64,000 bases of DNA from positions 2,188,214 through 2,252,213 of the forward strand of contig BPKI01000001.1 in NCBI GenBank assembly GCA_026005055.1. The letters are read 5' to 3'. Below the pieces are notes generated by a model. The model saw only the letters and a list, made by a program, of their open reading frames with translations. It made no database searches and was not told the origin of the DNA. The first letter of the stretch is position 1. The number at the start of each line of letters is the position of its first letter. Below are positions 21,434 to 30,205 of this stretch, in pieces. Position numbers and translations under genes: made by a program. Source of the DNA: Lysobacterales bacterium (GTDB lineage: Bacteria > Pseudomonadota > Gammaproteobacteria > Xanthomonadales > BPKI01).

Positions 21434-23071
21434 TCAGGGATGGCGAAGGTCCTGAAGAACGCGCCGCGCGGCGAACTCGGCCGCATCATGCCAGGGCAAG
21501 AACACATGGTCGGCGCCTGCCTCGCGGAGCGCTTCGGCCTCGCGGCCGTCCACGGCAGTGAGCAGGACCTTGCCTTTGAAGCCGTGACGGCGCAGAGCCG
21601 CGATCAGCGCTTGATCGACATCGCGGTTGCGAAGGGTGCTGATCGCCACCCGTGCCTTCGCAAGCGGCAGATGGCCGATGAACTCCTCGTCCTCGACCGC
21701 ACCGAAGACGACCTCGACCGACGGCGGACGCGGCGCGGCCAAGGCCTCAGGGTCGAAGTCGATGGCCAAAACGCGCGCGCCCGCCTGGCTCAAACACTCT
21801 GCGAAGCGCCGGCCGTAGCGGCCGAATCCGAACAGGAGCACCTCCGGATCGAGCACCCGCTCCTCCGGCTGATCCTCGCGGAACGGCTGGCGGCGCTCGA
21901 AGATCCCGAGAAAGGGCTCGAACCAGGCGAAGAGCTGCTGCGAGTAAAGGATCATGTAGGTGCTCAAGGTGATCGTGATCAGCCCGACCAAGGTCACGAG
22001 TCCGAGCGCGGCCTGATCCACGTGGCCGACGGCCACCCCCATGGCCATGAACAGGATCGAGAACTCGCTGATCTGGGCCACGGTGAGTCCAGCGAGGAAT
22101 CCCGTGCGCTTGCGATAGCCCATATAGCCCATGATCGCCATCACGATCAGCGGATTGCCGATCAGCACGAACAGGGAAAACAGCAGGGCCGCGCCGATCT
22201 CGTCACCAAGCAGGCGAAGATCGAGCTGGGTGCCGAGGTGGACAAAGAAGAACAGCAGCAAGAAATCGCGCAGGCTGGCCAGGCGGGCGTGGATCGCCTC
22301 GCGGAAGGGCAGCGAGGCGAGCGAGAAGCCGGCGAGAAAAGCCCCCACCTCCTTGCTGAAGCCCAGCCATTCGCCGGCAGCGGCGAGCGCCGTCCCCCAG
22401 GCGACGGCGAAGACCAAGAGCAACTCCTGCGACTCGGCGGCGAGCGTCATCAGCTTCGGAAGAACGAAGCGCATGAGCGCGCCGACGAGGAGGGTCAACC
22501 CGCCCAGCTTGAGCAGCACCTCGAGCGCCCGCGCCCCGGCATCGCCCTCCCCGCCTGCCCCCTGGGTGCCGATGATCATCATCGCCACCACCACCGCGAT
22601 GTCCTGCACGATCAGGAAGCCCATCGCGATCCGGCCATGCAGCGAATCGAGCTCGCGCTTGTCCGAAAGCAGCTTGACGATGATGATGGTCGAGGAGAAG
22701 GTGAGCGCGATTGCGATATAAAGCGCTCGCACCCAGCCCATGCCGAGGGCAAGGCCGATGAGAAAGCCGATGACGATGGTGAAGCCGAGCTGGCCCAAGC
22801 CGGTGGCGAGGGCCACTTTGCCAAGCCGTCGGATCAGATGAAGATCGAGTTTGAGGCCCACCACGAACAAGAGCACCGTCACCCCGATCTCGGCGAAGAG
22901 CTCGACCGGCGCGCTCGCCGTGATCCACCCCAATACCGAGGGCCCGACCGCCAGACCCACCAGCATGTAGGCGATGATCAGGGGCTGTTTGAGGCGCAAA
23001 AGGAGCGCGCCCACCGCAGCGGCGGCAAGGAGAAGCAGGGCGATTTCCTGAAAGACGTCGTGCCCGGACAT
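21434..23071 (-). CDS. CPA2-family cation:proton antiporter with C-terminal RCK/TrkA-N domain (Kef-like)
   Basis: A membrane domain of about 12 TM segments (LVGLAVGPSVLGW..) followed by VLLFGFGRYGRRFAECL Rossmann-like RCK. 545 aa. Confidence 0.8.
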   Translation of the reverse strand: MSGHDVFQEIALLLLAAAAVGALLLRLKQPLIIAYMLVGLAVGPSVLGWITASAPVELFAEIGVTVLLFVVGLKLDLHLIRRLGKVALATGLGQLGFTIVIGFLIGLALGMGWVRALYIAIALTFSSTIIIVKLLSDKRELDSLHGRIAMGFLIVQDIAVVVAMMIIGTQGAGGEGDAGARALEVLLKLGGLTLLVGALMRFVLPKLMTLAAESQELLLVFAVAWGTALAAAGEWLGFSKEVGAFLAGFSLASLPFREAIHARLASLRDFLLLFFFVHLGTQLDLRLLGDEIGAALLFSLFVLIGNPLIVMAIMGYMGYRKRTGFLAGLTVAQISEFSILFMAMGVAVGHVDQAALGLVTLVGLITITLSTYMILYSQQLFAWFEPFLGIFERRQPFREDQPEERVLDPEVLLFGFGRYGRRFAECLSQAGARVLAIDFDPEALAAPRPPSVEVVFGAVEDEEFIGHLPLAKARVAISTLRNRDVDQALIAALRRHGFKGKVLLTAVDGREAEALREAGADHVFLPWHDAAEFAARRVLQDLRHP

Positions 23072-23145
23072 GGACGCTGAAGATCGACGCGAGGCGCCAG
23101 GATCGGCCTAAGCGACGTCCTCTGTCGAGTGCGAAGCCTGCTGCT

Positions 23146-25731
23146 TCAAGGCATTGAGCGTCGCCTTCGCGCGCTGCGAAGCGCCCATTTCTCAAGCTCC
23201 CCGAGGGCAAAGATCAACAAGGCAGCTAGTGCGGCGAGCCACCACCCGGAAAGACCGATCGAAGCGGTCGCGAAGAGCGCCTGCATCGGCGGGAGTTCGG
23301 TGATCGCAAGCTGAAGCAGGATCAGCACCACGGTCGCGATCAGGGCCATGCGGTTGGCCAAAAGGTTGCTCGCCAAAAAGCTCGGCTCCAGCCAACGCCG
23401 AGCCGCGAACAAATAACCGATCTCGCCGAAGACCAGCAGATTGAGCGCAAGGCTTCGCGCCTGCGCAAGCTCGAGCCCCGCGGCCATCGCCCACAGGAAA
23501 CCGCCCACGGTGAGGCCGGTCAACAGCACGCCCACCCAAAGGATGCGCGCGAGCATGAAAGGCGTGATCAGATCGCGCCGGCGCTCGACCGGCCGGCGCA
23601 TGACCCCGCGTTCGAGCGGCTCCACCGCGAGCGCGAGGGCGAGGGTCACGGTCGTGACCATGTTCACCCAAAGGATCTGCACCGGCGAGAGCGGAAGCGT
23701 GAAGGCGAAGAGGATCGCCACCGCGACCACCGCTGCCTGGGCGGCATTCGTCGGGAGCACGAAGGCCAGCGATTTGCGGATGTTGTCCTCCACCCCGCGC
23801 CCTTCCTCGATGCCGGCAACGATCGTTGCGAAGTGATCATCGGCGAGGACGATTTCCGCCGCCTCGCGCGCCGCCTCGGCGCCGCGCCGGCCCATCGCCA
23901 CGCCGATATCGGCGCGCTTGAGCGCAGGCGCATCATTCACGCCATCGCCGGTCATCGCCACGCAATGGCCCACCGCCTGCGCCGCCTCGACCAGCCTGAG
24001 CTTGTCCTCCGGCGTGGCGCGCGCGAAGACCTCGACCTCGCCGAGACGCTTCGCGAGTGCCTTGCCATCGAGGGCCGAGTATTCGCTGCCGGAAAGCGCC
24101 TTGGGCTGCGCTGCGAGACCGATTTGACGGGCGATCGCCGCAGCGGTCGCCGCATGATCGCCGGTGACGATGCGCACCCCGATTCCGGCCTCCCGACAGC
24201 GCGCGATCGCCTCCGGCACTTCCGGGCGGGGAGGATCGGAAAAGCCAATGAGACCGATGAGCTCAAGCTCTCCGAGCTGCTCAGGGCGAAGCGTTCCGCT
24301 TTCGCCCCGCGCCGGCCGCCGGCCGAGCGCGATCACCCGAAGCCCCTCGCCGAGCAGGGCATTCAGGGACCGCTGCCAGGAAGCCCTCTCCTCAGGATCG
24401 GCAAAGCGCGCCCGGGTGAGCAGCACTTCCGGCGCGCCCTTGGCGAAGACCCATCCTGCCCTCACCAGCGCGCTCATCTTGGTGCTCGAGGAGAAGGGCA
24501 GGCGCGCCTCGGGCGGCGCTCGTGCGCTGAGATCCCGGCCCTCCTGCTCGAGCAGCGAGGCGAGCGCCCGTTCCAGAGGATCGCGCTCATAGTCTTCGGC
24601 GAGAGCGCCGGCGATCGCCTCAAGGATCAGCGCAAACGCCGGGGTACCGCGCCAGCGATCGAGCAGCGCCGCTTCCCCGGGGAACCCGAGATGGGTCACC
24701 GCCAGGCGGTTTTCGGTGAGCGTGCCGGTCTTGTCGGTGAGGATGAGCGAGACCCGGCCGAGGGTCTCCACCGCCGGCAGGCGCCGCACCAGGGCATTGC
24801 GCCTCGCCATTCGCTCCACGCCGACCGCGAGCACGATGGTGAGAATCGCCGGCAAGCCCTCGGGGATCGCCGCCACCGCAAAGGCCACGGCGGCAAGCGT
24901 CGCTTCGGCGACCGGCAGGCCGGCGATGAACACGCCAAGCGGAAAGAGCATCAGCGCCGCGATGAGGATGAATTGGCTGAGCCTCATCCCGAAACGAGCG
25001 AGCTCGCGGGTGAGCGGGGTTTGCACCCGCTCGACCTCGCGAAGCATTCCCGAGATGCGGCCGATTTCGGTCGCGGCGCCGGTGGCGACGACGAGGCCGA
25101 TCCCCTCGCCGCGGACCGCGAGCGTCCCCGAATAGGCCATCGAGCGGCGCTCCGCGAGCGGGGCCTGCTCGGCCTGGGGGGAGGTGTTCTTGGCGACCGG
25201 CAGTGATTCCCCCGTCAGAATGGATTCATCGATCTCGAGATCATCCACGGCCACGAGCCTGAGATCGGCCGGTACCCGATCGCCTGCGACCAGGCGCACC
25301 CGATCCCCAGGGACCAACTGCTCGGCGGGAAGCTCTCGCCAGCGCCCTCCTCGCAGCGCCCGCGCGCGCGGGGCGAGCAGCCGACCCACCGCCGCGATCG
25401 CCCGCTCCGCCTTGCTCTCGCGCACGAACCCGACGATTGCATTGATCAGCACCACGCCGAAGATCGCGGCGCTATCGAGAGAATGGCCGAGCGCCAGGGT
25501 CAGCACCCCCGAGGCGAGGAGCACGTAGATCAGGACATCGTGGAACTGGCGAAGGAAGCGCAGAAGCGCGCTCGGCGGAGGTGGTGCCGGCAGTCGGTTC
25601 TCGCCAAAGCGCGCGCGCCGCCGTGCGGCCTCCTCCTCGCTCAGACCCTCGCTCGAGCTCTCGAGAAGGCGCTCGATCTCCGCGGTGGAAAGCGCGTGCC
25701 AGGGGATTTCGCTCGAGGGTCGGTCGCGCAT
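23146..25731 (-). CDS. P-type (P2-like) cation-transporting ATPase
   Basis: LILTDKTGTLTEN phosphorylation site, TGDHAATA, MTGDGVNDAPALKRADIGVAMG hinge, and an N-terminal Cation_ATPase_N-like GLSEEEAARRRARFGENRLP. Confidence 0.85.
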   Translation of the reverse strand: MRDRPSSEIPWHALSTAEIERLLESSSEGLSEEEAARRRARFGENRLPAPPPPSALLRFLRQFHDVLIYVLLASGVLTLALGHSLDSAAIFGVVLINAIVGFVRESKAERAIAAVGRLLAPRARALRGGRWRELPAEQLVPGDRVRLVAGDRVPADLRLVAVDDLEIDESILTGESLPVAKNTSPQAEQAPLAERRSMAYSGTLAVRGEGIGLVVATGAATEIGRISGMLREVERVQTPLTRELARFGMRLSQFILIAALMLFPLGVFIAGLPVAEATLAAVAFAVAAIPEGLPAILTIVLAVGVERMARRNALVRRLPAVETLGRVSLILTDKTGTLTENRLAVTHLGFPGEAALLDRWRGTPAFALILEAIAGALAEDYERDPLERALASLLEQEGRDLSARAPPEARLPFSSSTKMSALVRAGWVFAKGAPEVLLTRARFADPEERASWQRSLNALLGEGLRVIALGRRPARGESGTLRPEQLGELELIGLIGFSDPPRPEVPEAIARCREAGIGVRIVTGDHAATAAAIARQIGLAAQPKALSGSEYSALDGKALAKRLGEVEVFARATPEDKLRLVEAAQAVGHCVAMTGDGVNDAPALKRADIGVAMGRRGAEAAREAAEIVLADDHFATIVAGIEEGRGVEDNIRKSLAFVLPTNAAQAAVVAVAILFAFTLPLSPVQILWVNMVTTVTLALALAVEPLERGVMRRPVERRRDLITPFMLARILWVGVLLTGLTVGGFLWAMAAGLELAQARSLALNLLVFGEIGYLFAARRWLEPSFLASNLLANRMALIATVVLILLQLAITELPPMQALFATASIGLSGWWLAALAALLIFALGELEKWALRSARRRRSMP

Positions 25732-26036
25732 GCCTGCCAGAGCTTATCGAAGCCATACGCCTCGCACTTGATTTCCCTCAAGAACGCCGTGTTTCTCGCG
25801 GCGATCCGAGGCGATGCCCCGAAGCGAGCGCAGACCCGCCCGTCCGCCGAGGAGCCGCAATCCCCGCCGATTCAAGCCGCGCTCTCGTTTCGCCGGGCAG
25901 CGTGGAGGTCGCAGCGCTTGCGCCGAGAAGAGGGCGCACTCGCAACGACTGACCGGGCGTCGACGCCGCATCCACGCGCCATGCGGCGAGCACCCTCGCC
26001 GCGCTAAACTGAAAGGTTCTCCGGAGTCAACGCCCC

Positions 26037-27860
26037 ATGCCCGTCGAGCGCATCCGCAACATCGCGATCGTGGCGCACGTCGATCACGGCAAGACCACCC
26101 TGATCGATCAGATGTTGCGGCAATCGGAGACGCTCGGCGAGCGCGAGCAGCTGCCGGAGCGAGCGCTCGACTCCAATCCGCTCGAACGCGAACGCGGCAT
26201 CACCATCCTCGCCAAGAACACCGCCATTCTGTGGAATGGTTTTCGCATCAACGTCGTGGACACGCCGGGGCACGCCGATTTCGGCGGCGAGGTGGAAAGG
26301 ATTCTGTCGATGGTCGATTCCGTCCTCTTGCTCGTGGATGCCTTCGACGGGCCGATGCCGCAGACCCGCTTCGTGACCGAAAAAGCGCTCGCCCGCGGCT
26401 TCAGGCCGATCGTGGTGATCAACAAGATCGACCGGCCTGGAGCGCGGCCGGAGTGGGTGCTGAATGCCACGTTCGAGCTCTTCGACCGCCTCGGAGCGAA
26501 TGAGGCGCAGCTCGATTTTCCCGTGCTCTACTGCTCGGCGCTCCATGGCTACGCCGGCACCGATCCGACGATTCGCGAGGGCGATCTCACGCCCCTGTTC
26601 GATGCGATCCTCACGCACGTTCCGCCCCCTTCCGCCGACCCGAAAGGCCCACTCGCGTTCCAGGTGAGCGCCTTGGATCACTCGAGCTATTTGGGGCTCA
26701 TCGGCATCGGAAGAGTCCAAAGCGGAAGCCTCGAGCGCGGTCAACACGTGCTGCTGATCGGCCGCGACGGGCAAGAGACGCAGGGGCGGGTGAGCGAACT
26801 GCTCTCCTTCACCGGTTTGAAGCGCCATCCCGTCGAGCGGGCCGAGGCGGGTGACATCGCCGCCGTGGCGGGGCTCGAGGCCCTCGAGATCGGTGCCACG
26901 CTGTGCGACCCGCAGCGTCCGCTGAGACTGCCGCCGATCGCGGTCGAGGAGCCCACGGTCGTGGTCGATTTCCTGGTCAACGATTCTCCCTTCGCGGGCA
27001 GGGAGGGCAAGTTCCTCACCAGCCGTCAGCTGCGCGATCGTCTCTTCCGGGAAGCCCGATACAACGTCGCGTTACGCGTGGAGGAAACCGAGGACCCCAA
27101 CCGCTTCCGGGTCGCGGGGCGCGGCGAACTCCACCTTGGCGTGCTGATCGAGACGATGCGCCGCGAGGGCTACGAACTGGCCGTTTCCCGTCCGGAGGTC
27201 ATCCTGCGTGAAAGCGAGGAAGGTCGGCTCGAGCCGTGGGAGAACGTGGTGCTCGACCTCGAAGAAATGCACCAAGGCGCCGTGATGGAGCGGCTGGGAG
27301 CGCGCCGAGCCGAGCTCATCGATCTGCGGCCAGGAACCGCCGGACGCGTCCGCCTCGAATACCGTTGTCCGGCTCGCGGGCTCATCGGCTTCCAGGCAGA
27401 GTTCCGCACGCTCACCGCCGGCAGCGGGCTCATGTTTCGCAGCTTCGAACGCTATGCGCGTTTCGTCGGCGCCCTTCCCCGGCGCCCGAACGGGGTGCTG
27501 ATCGCCAATGCCGGAGGCGTGGCGCCCGCCTACGCCCTCTTCCACCTCCAGGAGCGGGGACGCTTATTCATCGGCCCCGGCGAAACGATCTACGAGGGTC
27601 AGATCATCGGCCTTCACAGCCGTGAAAACGACCTCACGGTCAACGCCCTCCGCGCCAAGCAATTGACCAACTTCCGTGCTGCCGGCAAGGACGACAACCT
27701 CCTGCTGACGCCGCCGCTGCGCATGAGCCTCGAGCAGGCGCTTGAGTTCATCGAGGACGACGAGCTCGTGGAGGTCACTCCGCGCGCGATTCGCCTTCGC
27801 AAGCGCCTTCTGAGCGAATCCGCTCGGCGCCAAGCGGCGCGGCGAGCGGGCGCGGCCTGA
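26037..27860 (+). CDS. typA: translational GTPase TypA/BipA
   Basis: [46 protein letters not shown]. 607 aa. Confidence 0.95.
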   Translation: MPVERIRNIAIVAHVDHGKTTLIDQMLRQSETLGEREQLPERALDSNPLERERGITILAKNTAILWNGFRINVVDTPGHADFGGEVERILSMVDSVLLLVDAFDGPMPQTRFVTEKALARGFRPIVVINKIDRPGARPEWVLNATFELFDRLGANEAQLDFPVLYCSALHGYAGTDPTIREGDLTPLFDAILTHVPPPSADPKGPLAFQVSALDHSSYLGLIGIGRVQSGSLERGQHVLLIGRDGQETQGRVSELLSFTGLKRHPVERAEAGDIAAVAGLEALEIGATLCDPQRPLRLPPIAVEEPTVVVDFLVNDSPFAGREGKFLTSRQLRDRLFREARYNVALRVEETEDPNRFRVAGRGELHLGVLIETMRREGYELAVSRPEVILRESEEGRLEPWENVVLDLEEMHQGAVMERLGARRAELIDLRPGTAGRVRLEYRCPARGLIGFQAEFRTLTAGSGLMFRSFERYARFVGALPRRPNGVLIANAGGVAPAYALFHLQERGRLFIGPGETIYEGQIIGLHSRENDLTVNALRAKQLTNFRAAGKDDNLLLTPPLRMSLEQALEFIEDDELVEVTPRAIRLRKRLLSESARRQAARRAGAA

Positions 27861-27895
27861 ACCCGGCGAGCCTGGGCGGTTCCTCAAGTTTTTGA

Positions 27896-27925
27896 TTGTA
27901 AAAGGATTCATCGAAGGGTTATAAT
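27896..27925 (+). promoter_or_regulatory. sigma70-type promoter, candidate leaderless transcript
   Basis: TTGTAA (27896-27901), 18-nt spacer, perfect TATAAT (27920-27925), all in an AT-rich island. The ATG is 7 nt after the -10 and there is no SD. Confidence 0.45.
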
Positions 27926-27932
27926 CGCGGTC

Positions 27933-28844
27933 ATGAGCTCTTCGAACTCTTCCCCTCGCTCCAAGACGAAGCGCGAATCCCTCAAGCGCGAGACCCGGAG
28001 TATCGCGCAGGAGGCGCGTTCCCCCAAGCCGACGGCCAAGAGAGTCGCCGCCCCCACCCGGTCCGAGAAACCGGCGTCCGTACGCGCTCGGGCTCGCGGG
28101 ACGGGCGAAGTCGCCGCTGCCCGTCCCAAGGGCAAAGTGGCCGCCCGAAGCGCCCGCCCCTCCTCGACGCGGCGCGGTTCATCCGCGGGCAAGACCGCGG
28201 CCAGCGCGACTCGCACGCGACGCAAGACGATCATCGCCTCGGCTTCGCGAACGACTGGCCGCGCCCCGGCGACGGACACAGCGGCGATTTCGGCGTCTTC
28301 GCCGTCGTCGGTGCCGGCGGCTCCCGTCAATCCGGCACCTGTGGCGAATCCCGAGCCCGCGTCGGCCGCCTCCCGAAAGGCTTCCGCAGAGCGCCAAATG
28401 GGCCGACCCCTTCCGGCGCCGCAGCCGGAGGTGCGACGGCCGCGCTACCGGCTCGGAACATTCGATGATTTGATCGCGCCCTTTCCGACTCAGGTCCAGA
28501 CCTTGTGCCTCGCTCTTCGGGGTTTGATCTCCCGGGTGATTCCGGGAGCGCGCGAAACCATCATCACCGGCGTGCAGCTGGCCCTCTTCGAGCAGGACGG
28601 GCCGATCGGCCTGCTCTCACCGCAGCGCGACCACGCCCGCCTTTACTTCGTGCGCGGCAACGAACTGAAGGATCATTCGCGGCTGCTGCAGGGAGGCAGC
28701 GGCCTGCCCTTCGTGAAACTCTGGCATCTCGACACTCTGCAGGTGCCGGCGCTGCGAAGCCTCCTTCAGGAAGCGGTCACGCTCAACCGCGAAAAGCCAG
28801 ACCCGAATCTGACCGCCCGGATCTTCGCCGACCTCGCTCACTGA
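27933..28844 (+). CDS. basic low-complexity N-terminal region fused to a DUF1801 (YdhG-like) domain
   Basis: About 165 aa are rich in K/R/S/A/T/P. Then FDDLIAPFPTQVQTLCLALRGLI..ARLYFVRG..FVKLWHLDTLQVPALRSLLQEA resembles DUF1801 (from memory). Confidence 0.6.
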   Translation: MSSSNSSPRSKTKRESLKRETRSIAQEARSPKPTAKRVAAPTRSEKPASVRARARGTGEVAAARPKGKVAARSARPSSTRRGSSAGKTAASATRTRRKTIIASASRTTGRAPATDTAAISASSPSSVPAAPVNPAPVANPEPASAASRKASAERQMGRPLPAPQPEVRRPRYRLGTFDDLIAPFPTQVQTLCLALRGLISRVIPGARETIITGVQLALFEQDGPIGLLSPQRDHARLYFVRGNELKDHSRLLQGGSGLPFVKLWHLDTLQVPALRSLLQEAVTLNREKPDPNLTARIFADLAH

Positions 28845-28879
28845 CGCCTGCAGCGAGCGCCAACGCCGATGGTGCGCGT

Positions 28880-30205
28880 TCAGGCCCCCTCGCGGCGGTG
28901 GGCTGACCGGCGCTGCTTCTCCAGATACTTCTCGTAGAAGCGGCGGTGGCGATCGTCGAGCTGGATGGGTCGCCCGGCGATCCACGCGGCATGGATGCGC
29001 GAGCGAATCTCCAGAGGATCGCCCTCGACCAGGATGAAGCTCGCCTCTTTTCCGGGATCGAGGCTGCCGAGACGGTCGGCAACCCCGAGGATTTCTGCGG
29101 GATAGAGCGTGATCGCCTTGAGCGCCTCCTCGCGCGGCAAGCCCCAGGCCACGGCGGTGGCGGCATCGAAAGGAAGGTTGCGTTCGTTCGTGGAATCGCG
29201 CCCCGAGGAGGCGATGGCGAAGCGAATGCCGGCCTCGTAAAGCCGTCGCGGCAGCTCGAAAGGAGCGCTCACCGCATCGCCGCGACGCCGCGGAAGCCAA
29301 TGGGTCCCGTTGAGGATCACCGGCACATCGAGTGCGCGCAGGCGCTCGAGGATCTCGCCGGCGTCCTGAGCGCCGACCAAGACCACCCTTAGCTTCTCGC
29401 GCTCGGCGAAATCGAGGGCGGCGACCAGATCGGCGCGCTCATCGGCGTGGATGAACAAGGGAATCTCACGAGCGATCACCGGCCGCAACGCTTCCCAGCG
29501 CAGATCGCGAGCCGGCGGCTCGGTGAAATCGGCGTAGCGGCGAGCGGCGGCGAAGGCTTCCCCGAGGGCGCTTCGGCGCTCGCGTGCGCGCTCCTCCGCT
29601 TGCCGCCGGATCGGCTCTGGCAGCCACGGCGGAAGCTCTCCGCTCGGCCAGAAGAGATGCATCGCGACGGGCGCGCGCACCAGCATGTCCTGCGTGCTCC
29701 AGCCATCGAGACGGATCAGTGCGGAGGTCCCGACGAGCACCCCCAGTTCGCCTGCCTGCGGCACCGAGAGGGCATAGAGCACCCCCCCCGATCGCGCCAC
29801 CGGGATGAGCTCGCTGTCGGGGTTGATCGCGCTTTCGGCGCGGGCATTGGGATTGATCGGGCCGGTCTCGGCGGTGTCCACGGTCGCGCGTACCGCGCCG
29901 ATTTCCACGAGCCCCAGCGTGGTGTGGGCGGAGAGAAAGCCCGGATAGAGGGCGAGGCCCTCGGCATCGACGCGCAACACGCCGTCCTCCGTCGGCGCCT
30001 CGCCGGCTCCCAGACCGGTGATCCTTCCGGCCTCGAAGCGTAGCCAGCCGCGCGCGATCGGCGGCGCGCTGACCGGATGGAGAACGACGTTTTCGATCAC
30101 GACCGGCCCCTCGGGCGCCGGCAGCGGGCGGGTGACGTGGTTCTGGGCCGATGCGAGCGCCATCGCGGCGAGCATCGGTAGAGCCGAGACGAGACGAAGC
30201 TTCAT
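28880..30205 (-). CDS. exported amidohydrolase-family protein, degenerate metal motif
   Basis: ATG 30203-30205 overlaps the upstream stop (ATGA). Signal peptide MKLRLVSALPMLAAMALASA. YPGFLSAHTTLG replaces the DxHxH motif. C-terminal GSLDPGKEASFILVEGDP. Confidence 0.75.
   Translation of the reverse strand: MKLRLVSALPMLAAMALASAQNHVTRPLPAPEGPVVIENVVLHPVSAPPIARGWLRFEAGRITGLGAGEAPTEDGVLRVDAEGLALYPGFLSAHTTLGLVEIGAVRATVDTAETGPINPNARAESAINPDSELIPVARSGGVLYALSVPQAGELGVLVGTSALIRLDGWSTQDMLVRAPVAMHLFWPSGELPPWLPEPIRRQAEERARERRSALGEAFAAARRYADFTEPPARDLRWEALRPVIAREIPLFIHADERADLVAALDFAEREKLRVVLVGAQDAGEILERLRALDVPVILNGTHWLPRRRGDAVSAPFELPRRLYEAGIRFAIASSGRDSTNERNLPFDAATAVAWGLPREEALKAITLYPAEILGVADRLGSLDPGKEASFILVEGDPLEIRSRIHAAWIAGRPIQLDDRHRRFYEKYLEKQRRSAHRREGA

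Noticed and set aside
18179-23080. 614-aa and 562-aa plus-strand ORFs antisense to pilX-pilW-pilV and to the CPA2 antiporter
   Set aside because: Both are antisense to genes with clear prepilin or membrane-transporter signatures. They have no independent signals.
25983-26002. GC palindrome GCGGCGAG-CACC-CTCGCCGC upstream of typA, similar in arms to the one at 9339-9355
   Set aside because: There are only two loosely similar copies in 64 kb. That is insufficient to call a REP-like repeat family, and such palindromes arise easily at this GC content.
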